64,000 bases of DNA. Origin: an uncultured Parachlamydiaceae bacterium (GTDB taxonomy: Bacteria > Chlamydiota > Chlamydiia > Chlamydiales > Parachlamydiaceae). Positions 21,877 to 32,406 of this stretch are shown here, one piece after another. Both the position numbers and the translations under genes were made by a program. Position 1 is the stretch's first letter. The number at the start of each line of letters is the position of its first letter. Below the pieces are notes generated by a model. That model searched no databases and was not told where the DNA came from. It saw only the letters and a list, made by a program, of their open reading frames with translations. Location of the stretch: NCBI GenBank assembly GCA_963742415.1, contig CAVULX010000002.1, positions 64,001 to 128,000 of the forward strand, read 5' to 3'.

Positions 21877-22482
21877 ATGATGAACACTATGGGAACGAAG
21901 ATTTATACAAAAACCGGAGATCAAGGGGAAACGTCTTTGTTTAGCGGTCAACGCGTTTCCAAAAATGATCCATTCATTGACGCTCTTGGAACTGTGGACG
22001 AATGCAATAGCGCCATTGGTGCTTCCCTTGCATTTCTTCCCCTTGTCCCTAAGTTCCATACCGTCAGAGAACAATTAATCACTATCCAACACGCCCTCTT
22101 TGATTTAGGGGCCGCTTTAGCAACTCCGAGAACAACGTCTTCTAACTATAAAATCGATAAAACCCGATTTGATAATGAAGGCACAATCATGCTTGAGCAA
22201 TGGATCGATGAAATGGATAGTCAACTCCCCGAGCTTAAAACTTTTATTCTTCCAGGTGGCCACCCTTCGGGAGCCATGCTGCATCTGGCACGGAGCATCT
22301 GCCGTCGCGCCGAGCGTCTCATCGTCCCCATCCATCACCATACAGACGTCTCAGACCATGTCATCATATACATCAACCGCCTTTCCGATTACCTTTTTGT
22401 AGCATCCCGCTATATCAACCACTTAAACCACACCCCTGAAACTTTGTGGGAACACCACAAACACCCCACAAATATTTCGTAA
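21877..22482 (+). CDS. PduO-type ATP:cob(I)alamin adenosyltransferase
   Basis: KIYTKTGDQGETSL, GTVDECNSAIG, FILPGG, RSICRRAER and NRLSDYLF motifs. Confidence 0.9.
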   Translation: MMNTMGTKIYTKTGDQGETSLFSGQRVSKNDPFIDALGTVDECNSAIGASLAFLPLVPKFHTVREQLITIQHALFDLGAALATPRTTSSNYKIDKTRFDNEGTIMLEQWIDEMDSQLPELKTFILPGGHPSGAMLHLARSICRRAERLIVPIHHHTDVSDHVIIYINRLSDYLFVASRYINHLNHTPETLWEHHKHPTNIS

Positions 22483-22523
22483 AGACTCGGTGCCAATACC
22501 GAACGTGACTCAAAAACTGAGAT

Positions 22524-23717
22524 TTGGAGCTGAACGAAATGGAACCAAGCCAAGGATCTAATAGTTTTAATACTTTGACTCCCGGCTATTATCCTATTTA
22601 CAGCCAAGGGGAAAGTCTTCCAACGTCAAATGAATCTTCAACCTCCCCAAGTTTAAAGGAGCGAGTTGCCAAGGTCTCCCTTGCGCAATTGCAGCTCAAT
22701 GTGGAAATAGCAGAAGAAAGACTAAATATGGCCGCTTTTCCAGATGCAGCCACGTTTGCCGCAGAAAATGATCAAGAGGCAAAAACGATAAAAGCTCAAA
22801 TAGAAATTTGGATCAAAAATGAAGAGGATATTAACGCTAAAATTAAGAAAAATCTTTTTGACCAAAATCAATCAATTTCTCGCATCTTCAAAATAGAGGA
22901 AGAAATAGAGGAATACAGTGAGACTGATTTGAATTCTCTAAAGGAAAAGTATGGATTACTTCTCTATGAAGCTATACCATTGAAAGTGGAGATTCAAAAT
23001 CTGGAATATGTAAAAAGCAAATATAAAAAAACGATCGCGGAATATAACAAACTTCAACCATTGAGAGATTCCCTCTATAAGGAAGCATGTATTTGTAGTA
23101 GCACTCAAGAACCTTTTACTCAATCTATTACAGAAATTCTTGCATCAATAAATCAGTTAGAAAAAAACATTAATGAGAAGACTTCCAAGAAAGAATTTTT
23201 TTCTCCTCAAGAATTATCAGCGATAGATATAAAACAAGTCCAAAATAAAATTAATTATAACAGCGATCTGTTAATTTCGATTAAACTAAAGTTAATAGAA
23301 TGTAACAAAATTGCAGAAGCTATTAAAAATGCATATTTAGAGCTTTTACCTTTGAGGTTTTCAGTAGCTGCAAATACAAAAGAATATTTAAATTTACAAA
23401 CACAGCTAGAGAATATAACTGCTGAGAAATCTAAACTGGAACAAACGTATAAAAAATTTGTCTCAGAGAAATCTCAAGAATTTTTGATGGCATCAATATC
23501 AAGTCTTTTTGAAAAGGAAAAAATGAAAATAGCTTTCAATGACCTGCACGTAACCCTGGCCAGCAACTTTAGAAAAGCACAACAGGAGCTATATGCTTAC
23601 GAATCGAAACTTAGCTCCCTCACGTTAGAGAAGTATGGTTTGCAGCCCCCCGATTTAAAGGCTAAACTGAACGCATCTTTAATTAGGTTCGAGCCACCGT
23701 CCATGAGCTTTGATTAG
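22524..23717 (+). CDS. Hypothetical coiled-coil protein
   Basis: 397-aa AT-rich ORF with Ser/Thr/Pro-rich N-terminus and E/K/L heptad-rich body. Confidence 0.65.
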   Translation: MELNEMEPSQGSNSFNTLTPGYYPIYSQGESLPTSNESSTSPSLKERVAKVSLAQLQLNVEIAEERLNMAAFPDAATFAAENDQEAKTIKAQIEIWIKNEEDINAKIKKNLFDQNQSISRIFKIEEEIEEYSETDLNSLKEKYGLLLYEAIPLKVEIQNLEYVKSKYKKTIAEYNKLQPLRDSLYKEACICSSTQEPFTQSITEILASINQLEKNINEKTSKKEFFSPQELSAIDIKQVQNKINYNSDLLISIKLKLIECNKIAEAIKNAYLELLPLRFSVAANTKEYLNLQTQLENITAEKSKLEQTYKKFVSEKSQEFLMASISSLFEKEKMKIAFNDLHVTLASNFRKAQQELYAYESKLSSLTLEKYGLQPPDLKAKLNASLIRFEPPSMSFD

Positions 23718-25622
23718 GTCGACAAGCCTGTCGTCTGCATCGCTAAAGGGGATATCTTTTTCAACGACTTGTTTTCCAACATACAGATCCACCCTATCCG
23801 GCTTTGATCCCACATACCCAAAATCGGCGTCCGCCATCTCACCCGGTCCATTGACAATGCATCCCATGATGGCAATCTTCACCCCAGGCAAATGGGCTGT
23901 CCTCGATCGAATCCGCTTAGTCACTTCTTGCAAATCAAAGAGCGTACGCCCACAGCTAGGACAAGAAATGAAATCTGTTTTCGATGTCCGCATTCTTGCC
24001 GCTTGCAAAATATTAAATGACAAGCTCCGTAAAAAATCGAGCTCATATGGACCCTCTAGCCATATCCCATCCCCTAATCCATCACATAACAAGGCTCCAA
24101 GCTCAGCCGCAGATTGAATGATGAGATCTTCTTTCGCACAGTTGTAAGAAAAATTCAAAATGACGGGCTTTTGAATCTGCTGCTTTTGGAGCCATTCAAA
24201 GAAATGGCGGCAATAGTGCAGCTTATTTTCTAAAGGAGATAGAATGATCATGGCTGGGTCAATTTCACGTAAAATTTCCCAATCGGTCGTATCTTCATCC
24301 CGCACGATAACAGCAAAAGGTTCCTTGCCTTTCGCGGCTAATTTAACGACAAATTTGTCTATCTGTTCTCGAAAAAGAGCTTCTTGCCGTGCATATTTTA
24401 AAGGGATGAGGCGCACATTTTCCCCGATCGGATGCTCTGAAAGAATTCCTATCCCTATTTCCCTTAAATTTTTGAGAACCCCATAACCTTTCCTGTCTGT
24501 TAATGGATCAACCAAAACAACGTTATCCGCGCTGGAAATTTTTAACTTCGGTTTATCATTCTGTATTTCGCAGCCCAATGCTTTGTAAAAGCTAGGATCT
24601 TGAACATCCCGATTTTTTACGCTGACCATGACCGTCCCATCACGATGCATAGAAACATTTTTGGGAAGAATCACCGGGCGCCTCTTAATCTCCTCGATCG
24701 TGCGGAATGTTTCTTTGAAAGGCGCAACGCCTTGATCTATATAGCTTTCGGCAAACTTTACCAATCTCTGGCAAGGCTCGATCTCGTACCATGGATCTTC
24801 CGTTAGAGAGACCCTTATCGTATCTCCAATTCCATCCAATAACAGGGAGCCAATCCCCATCGCAGATTTAATCCGTCCATCTTCACCAAGGCCTGCTTCA
24901 GTCACTCCAAGGTGGAGTGGATAATCCCAGCCTAGGTTCATCATGGCAGCGACAAGCAGCCTATAGGCTTGGATCATCACTTGGGGATTGGAAGATTTCA
25001 TGGAAAACATAAAATCGTGGTAATTATTTTTACGGCAAACGCGCGCAAACTCAAGGGCTGATTCAACCATCCCTTTAGGTGAGTCCCCATAACGGTTCAT
25101 GATCCGATCAGAAAGAGAACCATGATTGGTTCCAATCCGCATGGCACGATTTAAACGGATGCACTTTTCAACAAGGGGGGTAAATTTTTCTTCAATTTTT
25201 TCTAATTCTTCAGCATAGGAAGCATCATCATATTCAATCGTCTTAAATGAAGCGCGCTTGTCGGCATAATTTCCCGGGTTGACCCGGACCTTATCGACAA
25301 AATCGACGACCCGCATCGCCGCAGGGGGGAAAAAATGGATGTCAGCGACAAGGGGGATGGAATATCCCCTTTTAACCAGGGTGTTTTTAATCTGTTCGCA
25401 CGCATCCGCCTCTTTCATCCCTTGAACTGTCACACGGGCAATTTCACAACCACAATCAGCAAGCTTTATAATCTGATCTACCGTGGCTTCTACATCTCGA
25501 GTATTAGACGTGGTCATCGATTGAATCCGAATGGGATTATCTCCCCCCACTCCAATATGACCAACCATCACTTCTCGGGTCTTCCACCTTTGAGTTTTAT
25601 AAATAGATTCACAATATTTCAT
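23679..25622 (-). CDS. ispG: HMBPP synthase IspG/GcpE (long, three-domain type)
   Basis: IRIQSMTT, PLVADIHF, RVNPGN, RIGTNHGSLS, GDTIRVSLT, ISCPSCGRT and MGCIVNGPGE motifs. Confidence 0.95.
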   Translation of the reverse strand: MKYCESIYKTQRWKTREVMVGHIGVGGDNPIRIQSMTTSNTRDVEATVDQIIKLADCGCEIARVTVQGMKEADACEQIKNTLVKRGYSIPLVADIHFFPPAAMRVVDFVDKVRVNPGNYADKRASFKTIEYDDASYAEELEKIEEKFTPLVEKCIRLNRAMRIGTNHGSLSDRIMNRYGDSPKGMVESALEFARVCRKNNYHDFMFSMKSSNPQVMIQAYRLLVAAMMNLGWDYPLHLGVTEAGLGEDGRIKSAMGIGSLLLDGIGDTIRVSLTEDPWYEIEPCQRLVKFAESYIDQGVAPFKETFRTIEEIKRRPVILPKNVSMHRDGTVMVSVKNRDVQDPSFYKALGCEIQNDKPKLKISSADNVVLVDPLTDRKGYGVLKNLREIGIGILSEHPIGENVRLIPLKYARQEALFREQIDKFVVKLAAKGKEPFAVIVRDEDTTDWEILREIDPAMIILSPLENKLHYCRHFFEWLQKQQIQKPVILNFSYNCAKEDLIIQSAAELGALLCDGLGDGIWLEGPYELDFLRSLSFNILQAARMRTSKTDFISCPSCGRTLFDLQEVTKRIRSRTAHLPGVKIAIMGCIVNGPGEMADADFGYVGSKPDRVDLYVGKQVVEKDIPFSDADDRLVDLIKAHGRWLEPN

Positions 25623-25710
25623 CGATTTTTCCCTTATTTAAAAAACACCGCTTGCGTAGTATATCTATAAATTAATAAATGATCAATTTATAACAGATGT
25701 AGGAATTGTT

Positions 25711-28337
25711 ATGTCTCCCAATTTCACAGATGCTGTTGCTCAAGCTATTCAAACAGCTTTTAACGAGGCACAACAACGAAAAAATACAGAAGTGACCGAA
25801 AACCACCTCCTTTATGCTTTTTTAGAAGATCCTCAAGACCTTTTTACTTCCGTCCTCACAAGTTTGCAAGGCAACATTTCAAAGCTATTAACCGAAGTCC
25901 AACAAGCCTTAGATAAATTGCCCACCTTTTCTACAGATAGCTCACAAGCCCCTGTTCCCTCTCGCAACTTCCAGAAGCCGGATCGCAACCGCCCAAGGCA
26001 TAGCCAAACAATGGAATGACACCTACATCAGCACCGACCACTTCCTCATCTCTTATTGGAAAAATGGAGGCGACCCTTTCGCAAGCTGGAAAAAACAATC
26101 AGGGATCACTCTCAAACAATTAGAAGATTATATCAAAAAAATCCGAGGCGACCGTCATATGGATTCTCCCAACGCCGAAGCAAGCCTTCAAACTCTCGAA
26201 AAATACTGCAAAAACCTTACAGCTCTCGCCACAGAAGGAAAACTCGATCCTGTCATCGGCCGGGATGAAGAGATCCGCCGCACCATGCAAGTCCTGAGCC
26301 GCCGCACAAAAAACAATCCGATGTTGATCGGAGATCCAGGAGTCGGAAAAACAGCCATTGCCGAAGGACTTGCCCCCCGGATCATCTCAGGGAGATGTCC
26401 CCGATTCTCTCAAAAATAAACAGCTACTCGCCTTAGATATGGGCAGCCTGATTGCAGGAACAAAATATCGCGGGGAATTTGAAGAGCGGTTGAAAGGGAT
26501 TCTGCACGATATCGAGAAAAGCGAAGGGCAAATCATCCTTTTCATCGATGAAGTCCATACTCTGATCGGCGCCGGAGCCACTGAAGGCGCCATGGATGCT
26601 GCCAACCTGCTCAAACCTGCCCTGGCCCGCGGAACGCTGCATTGCATTGGCGCCACCACTCTCAATGAATACCAAAAACACATTGAAAAAGATGCTGCCC
26701 TAGAACGGCGCTTTCAACCCGTCATGGTCAATGAACCCAGCGTCGAAGATTCGATTGCCATTTTGCGCGGCCTACGGGAACGATATGAAATCTTCCATGG
26801 TGTCCGCATCACCGAATCTGCTCTCCATGCCGCTGTCTTCCTCTCTTCCCGCTACATTACCGATCGGCATCTTCCCGATAAAGCGATCGATTTGATCGAT
26901 GAAGCTGCTAGCTTGATCCGTATGCAGCTGGGAAGCCGCCCTCTGCCCATCGATACCAAAGAACGGGAACTCGCCAGCTTAATTGTCGAACAAGAAGCCC
27001 TGAGGCGCGAAAACACACCCAGCTGCTAAAGCTGAAGCGGAAAAACTAGAAACTCGGATCGCTCAAATTAAAGAAGAACTCACCCTTCTGCGGCAACAAT
27101 GGGAACAAGAAAAAAAGATGATCGAAGCTCTCAAAGAGAAAAAAAATCAAACTGGAGCAGCTGCGTTTCCAAGAAGAAGAACTGGAACGAAAAGCCGATT
27201 ACAACAAAGTCGCCGAATTGCGCTACAACACCATCCCCAAACTTGCAAAAAGAGATCGAAGAGACAGAATCAGGAACTCAACAAAAAGCCCAACCGCCTT
27301 CTGCAAGAAGAGGTGGATGAAAACCTCATCGCCCATATCGTCTCCAAATGGACAGGAATTCCTGTCAGTAAAATGCTCGAAGGCGAAGCCGAGAGACTTC
27401 TGCATCTTGGAAAAGGAACTTGGAAAAACGGGTTGTCGGCCAAGATTTAGCCATCAAAGCAGTCAGCGAAGCCATCCGCCGCTCCCGCTCAGGTCTAAGC
27501 GACCCAACCAGACCTATCGGAGTCTTTCTCTTCATCGGACCCACAGGCGTCGGTAAAACAGAACTTGCCAAAGCGCTAGCAGAACAGCTTTTCAATCAAG
27601 AAGAGGCCATGATCCGCCTTGACATGTCGGAATACATGGAAAAACATAGCGTCTCCAAACTGATCGGCTCCCCTCCAGGCTATGTCGGCTATGAAGAAGG
27701 GGGACAACTGACAGAAGCCCTGCGCCGCCGCCCCTATTCCGTCGTGCTCTTCGATGAGATTGAAAAAGCCCACCACGATGTCTTCAATATCTTGCTGCAA
27801 ATTTTTGACGATGGACGCTTAACCGATAGCAAAGGACGGATCGTCAATTGCAAAAATGCCCTCTTCATCATGACTTCAAATCTTGGCTCAGAGCAACTGC
27901 TGGATAAACTTGGCCATCCGCAATCCAAAATAACCAAAGACTCCATCATGGCTGTCTTGGATCCCATCATCAAGATCCATTTCCGCCCTGAATTTATCAA
28001 CCGCCTCGATGATATCCTCCCCTTCCTGCCTCTGCAAAAAGAAGACATGGAAAAAATCGTCAACATCCAACTTAACCATCTAACCCGCCGCCTGAGAGAT
28101 CGGGAAATTGGTCTAAAATGGACAAATGATGCCGCCGATCACCTCGCAGAAGAGGGATACGATCCCATTTTTGGCGCGCGCCCCCTCAAACGCTACATCC
28201 AACAAGAAGTCGTCAACATGCTCTCTTTTGCTATCCTAGAAGGAAAAATCCCTTCAGACAGCGTGGTGGAACTAAAACTTGAAAAGAAAAAATTAGTTTT
28301 CTCCGTCGTCGGCGGAAAACAGACAACCTCTTCATAA
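25711..28337 (+). CDS. clpB: ATP-dependent chaperone ClpB; split by several apparent indels
   Basis: Fragments in successive frames: [46 protein letters not shown], middle coiled coil, [12 protein letters not shown] and [10 protein letters not shown]. Confidence 0.88.
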
Positions 28338-28361
28338 CTTTATGCTTTATCAAGGATTTTT

Positions 28362-28931
28362 ATGAACGGGACTATATTCGTCCTTCTCCAACAATACACA
28401 AAGAAAAAAGGGCTCTCCGATCTATGGATCGATGTCTTAAAAAAAGAAGGGTTCCCAGAGTCTAAGCTTTTCTTTAGCCACGAACAATATCCTGACAACA
28501 TTTTATTTCATGTGATCTTTCAAGCAGCCCAAGAACTTCGCCAAACTCCCGATCAATTTCTTGAAGAATTCGGCCGTTCTCTAGGCTCATATTTTTTTCT
28601 TACATATAAATCTGTCATCGACCCGTGTTGGAAAACTTTGGATCTTCTCGAAAAGCTCGAAGAATTTAACAAAAATATCTTGCAAAAAGGGATCCCTCTC
28701 ACTTTAACAGGAACATTCTCCTCTAAGAGGGTAAACCCCAATAACATCATCGTGGTCTATTCGTCCCCCAGGCAGCTATGCTGCTTATGCATGGGTCTCT
28801 TCAAAGCCTTTGCAATTCATTATAACGAACAGATTCTCATCCATCAACCTAAGTGCATGCTCAAAAATGACCCCTGCTGCGAATTCAACATCACCTGTAC
28901 AGAAATGGCAGAGGCCTCAAATCCATTGTGA
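28362..28931 (+). CDS. H-NOX/HNOB-family domain protein
   Basis: MNGTIF N-terminus, YPD, LEEFG, YxSxR motif (YSSPR) followed by LC, and C-terminal HxxxCM...CCEF. Confidence 0.75.
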   Translation: MNGTIFVLLQQYTKKKGLSDLWIDVLKKEGFPESKLFFSHEQYPDNILFHVIFQAAQELRQTPDQFLEEFGRSLGSYFFLTYKSVIDPCWKTLDLLEKLEEFNKNILQKGIPLTLTGTFSSKRVNPNNIIVVYSSPRQLCCLCMGLFKAFAIHYNEQILIHQPKCMLKNDPCCEFNITCTEMAEASNPL

Positions 28932-29385
28932 AAGATCCAGCAACCCAAGATCTGTCCGCACCCTCTCTCATCTTTCAACCAAAATCACACCTACATATAC
29001 TTGTAAACTGTCTTTTCAGAGCTGGCAACCTCTCTTCTTGCAACTATAGAAAAAAGTTTTGAGAAAATTGTAACTACCCGTTAACTAGGTTTCTCGATAA
29101 TAAATAAGGTTCCCTTCGAAAAAAACATCCCTTTTTTAAATTTTTTTAAAAAATTCATTATCAACACCTTATAAAATTTTTTAGAAAAATTTACACGACA
29201 AGTAAAAAATCTACTGGAGAAATTATTCCTTAATGCGTATCTAAAATAGGTAAATCCTTTTTTACCAATCGGCATAGCAGCCGTCATTGTGAAAGGCAGT
29301 GAAAAACCGATTGAAAGAGGTTCAGGAAGAAATGAAAGGACCTAAACAAAAAGAAACAAAAAACACTAAAAATAGGAGTGTTGTT

Positions 29386-29599
29386 ATGAAGAAAGTTGGA
29401 TTTTTCAGCTCAATGATGGCATTAGCTGCTACAGCATTTGTGCTGGTAAGCTGCTGCTGCTGGGACCGTGATCCTTGCTGCAATCCTTGCCCAAGACCAT
29501 GCTGTCCACCAAGACCTGCTGCAAGCCATGCTGTCCTCCAAAGCCATGCTGTCCACCAAAACCATGCTGTCCACCACCTGCGATCCTTGCTGCTACTAA
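29386..29599 (+). CDS. omcA: Small cysteine-rich outer-membrane lipoprotein OmcA (two apparent single-base losses)
   Basis: GGAG RBS, signal peptide with lipobox LVSC, and PCCPPK repeats. The corrected frame ends CDPCCY*. Lies upstream of omcB. Confidence 0.75.
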
Positions 29600-29725
29600 G
29601 ACAAGGTTTTAGCAGTACAGGCACATGCATGATCAAAAGGACGAGGCATTGCCTCATCGCTTACATGAATGAAACGCATAGCGTTCAGAAATTCCAGAGG
29701 AATTACAAGTTTTAGGATGTATTCA

Positions 29726-29949
29726 ATGAAGCCCTGGCAAAGAGAGCCATTTACTAACAATGTCGATGATGGCTAACGACGACATTGTATTAACAGGCTG
29801 CAGTCTGTGGTGCTGATTGGTTCCTCTTATTGTGAAACTTGTTGCTGCCCTCGCCGCCTCCACACGTAAGCCATGGTGTGCAAGCCATCTCGGATGTCCA
29901 AGGCACCGTTGAGGGAGTTCCCTGACAGATGCGAGTGACGCATGACTAG
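29726..29949 (+). pseudogene. Second OmcA-like small Cys-rich lipoprotein, degenerate or error-ridden
   Basis: Fragments in different frames: LLTMSMMA...VLTGCSLWC (lipobox LTGC), CETCCCPRR and KPWC. Confidence 0.4.
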
Positions 29950-30089
29950 GCCATGAAAATAATCAGCAACAAGGCAAAAAGTTATCAAATATCCCGCGAA
30001 AAACGACAGTGGAATCAATGATAAAATGCAATCTGATAAGGATTGAATAAAAGCTTTAACAAGATGCTTAAACTAAAAGGAGTACTTTA

Positions 30090-31732
30090 ATGAGAAAACA
30101 ACTGGGATTCATGACCTCGTTGGTTTTTTTGTTAACAACAGCAGTACTCTGGATGGGTTGCTCCCAATAATTGGTGCCATGAGATCAGTATGTTGTGACT
30201 CCGCATGCCCACCAGTTTGCTGCGGAACCATGCGCACCCAGCTCTGCGCGGCCCCGCGCACCTGTATGCCAGCCCCATGCGCTAGGCCATGCACCTGTAT
30301 GACCGCATGTCCGCCCATGCGCACCATGCTCAGACCTTGCAATCCAATTGGCAAGATGCCATTATCCCACAGCTCAAACGAACTTTGCTGCCGCGATGGC
30401 ATCATCGTTTCAGCCAGAAATCCCAAGCATGTGCATGCTCGGCGACCAATATCCTCTCGAATTCGACATCAAAGCTTGCGATGATGTTTGCGACGTCGTT
30501 GTCGTCACACATCTTCCAGAAGGCGTTACTTTCGTAAGAAGCCAGCCAGAAGCAAAAGTGGAAGGCCGCCGCGTCGTCATGGAACATCGGCCCAATGAAA
30601 AAAGGCGAATGCCGTCCAGCTAAAGTGTGGGTAAAGTGCGAATGCGAAGGCGAACTGTGCGCTTGCTTCTGCGCAACAGCAATTCCTGTTAGATTCTGCT
30701 CTCTGCTCTGCGCAAAGCCAGTTCTGTACTTGCGAAAAGTGCGGACCTGAAGAAGTTTGCCCAGGCGATGCAGTGCACTATACAATCACTGTGACAAACC
30801 GCGGAAGCTGCACAGCTGAAGATGTTGTTGTTACAGACCAAGTTCCAGATGGACTTGAGCATAGCAGCTGCTTGAGAACGCTGACATACAAACTGGGCTG
30901 CCTCGAACCTTGCCAAACAAAGAAAGTCAACCTCTGCTTCACAGCTGTTAAGCGTGGCAAAATCTGCAATACAGCTGTTGTCACAGCTTGCAATGCAGAT
31001 TCCGTTTCCTGCCAATGGTGCACAAATGTCTGCAAAGAGTGTGTCGAAATTGCACAAAACTGGTCCAAAAGAACAGCAAATTGGCAAAAATGCTGATTAC
31101 CAGATCACCGTCACCAACCCAGGCGACAAGCCTTTGACAGAAGTTGTCGTGACAGATGTTGCTCCAAATGCAACATCGATCGTTTCAGCTAATGGCGCCA
31201 CAGTCAACGGCAACCAAGCTGTATGGAGACTCAAAGAGTTGAAGCCAGGTGAAAAAGTAACGTTTAACCTCACTTTGACAACTTGCACACCAGGCTGCTT
31301 CACCAACCGCGTCAATGTCACAGACTGCCAAGGCTGCATGCTTGTGCAGAGTTCACAACACGTTGGAAAGGACGTCCTGCTCTTAACGTCCAGATCTGCG
31401 ACACAGAAGATCCAATCTGCATTGGCGAAACAACAAGCTACTGCATCACAGTTGTCAACCAAGGTTCTGAATCTGACAGCAATGTTGTTGTTACCGTCAA
31501 CTTCCCCAAAGAAATTGTACCGCTTAGCTGCAACAGGCGATACTCAAGGGACAGTCTCTGGTCAAACAGTAACATTCGCACCTGTTCAACAATCTGGCCC
31601 ACGCTCGACACTGAAATACCGTGTCGATGCAAAGGGCTGCAGCTTCAGGCGATGCACGTATCACTGTAAGTGTGACTATCTGATTCGATTAAGACACCGA
31701 TCACGCAACAAGAAAGCACGATCGTTAACTAA
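30090..31732 (+). CDS. omcB: Large cysteine-rich envelope protein OmcB; many apparent indels
   Basis: AAGGAG RBS and signal peptide. DUF11-like repeats (YTITVTNRGSCTAEDVVVTD, YQITVTNPGDKPLTEVVVTD, DTEDPICIGETTSYCITVVNQG). Ends QQESTIVN*. Confidence 0.85.
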
Positions 31733-31756
31733 TCGGGTATATAATCCATTGTCTTC

Positions 31757-31795
31757 AAAGGGCAGGCACTGTTACAGTGCCTGCCCTTTTTTTTT
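31757..31795 (+). terminator. Rho-independent terminator of omcAB
   Basis: AAAGGGCAGGCACTGT-T-ACAGTGCCTGCCCTTT followed by a T run. Confidence 0.9.
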
Positions 31796-31816
31796 CTTGA
31801 TGACAATTTTAACCAC

Positions 31817-31977
31817 AGACACAGAGAAGGAACAGGATAAGCAAGATCGTAAACGGCAGGATAAGTAGGATAAAAAAAGTCTTAACTTAATCATATCCGC
31901 ATATTCTTACTCTTTATTCAATATCTTGCTTATCCTGCCGTTTACGATCTTGCTTATCCTGTTCCTTCTCTGTGTCT
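31817..31977. repeat. Fold-back element: perfect 49-bp inverted repeat around a 63-bp spacer
   Basis: 31817-31865 is the exact reverse complement of 31929-31977. Confidence 0.9.
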
Positions 31978-32086
31978 AGTTACTTAGGAGCCTTCATCCC
32001 TGGAATCTTGGATAAATAAACCCGTTTGTAAGAAAAGTACCAATCCGCTATGTTATCCTTTGATCAATTGATAGAGTCCAACACTC

Positions 32087-32395
32087 ATGGAAAAACTGCT
32101 TAATGACCGGGTCCTCGCCAAAATTTTTATTGGCTGTACCATCTCTTCAGAACTTCGGATGCATCTTCGTGATAGCAAAAAATGGAAAACCGATCTCATT
32201 GATAACAAAGGACTTAGCGAAATCCACTACCAAGGCAAAGATTTCATTGGCAAATTTTTAGAAAACCCTGTTGTTACTCTAGATGAGTTGCGCAGACAAG
32301 AACAAGAAGTAAGACACATTCTACAAACCTATTGCCCCTCTGTCGACTTCGATTCCATACCAATCAAAACTTTTCCCCAAGTTTTCATCTCTTAG
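32087..32395 (+). CDS. Hypothetical protein
   Basis: 102-aa ORF ending 11 bp before maf. Confidence 0.65.
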   Translation: MEKLLNDRVLAKIFIGCTISSELRMHLRDSKKWKTDLIDNKGLSEIHYQGKDFIGKFLENPVVTLDELRRQEQEVRHILQTYCPSVDFDSIPIKTFPQVFIS

Positions 32396-32406
32396 GACTT
32401 ATTTCC

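Noticed and set aside
25389-25397. Match of the copy-1 TnpB guide (AATCTGTTC) inside ispG
   Set aside because: Only 9 nt and not preceded by AGGG; expected by chance.
25623-25710. CIRCE/HrcA operator upstream of clpB
   Set aside because: No TTAGCACTC-N9-GAGTGCTAA-like inverted repeat is present.
29299-31868. ORF-track products such as 29299-29715, 30158-30484 and 30954-31868 as separate genes
   Set aside because: They are out-of-frame or chimeric pieces of frameshifted omcA and omcB.
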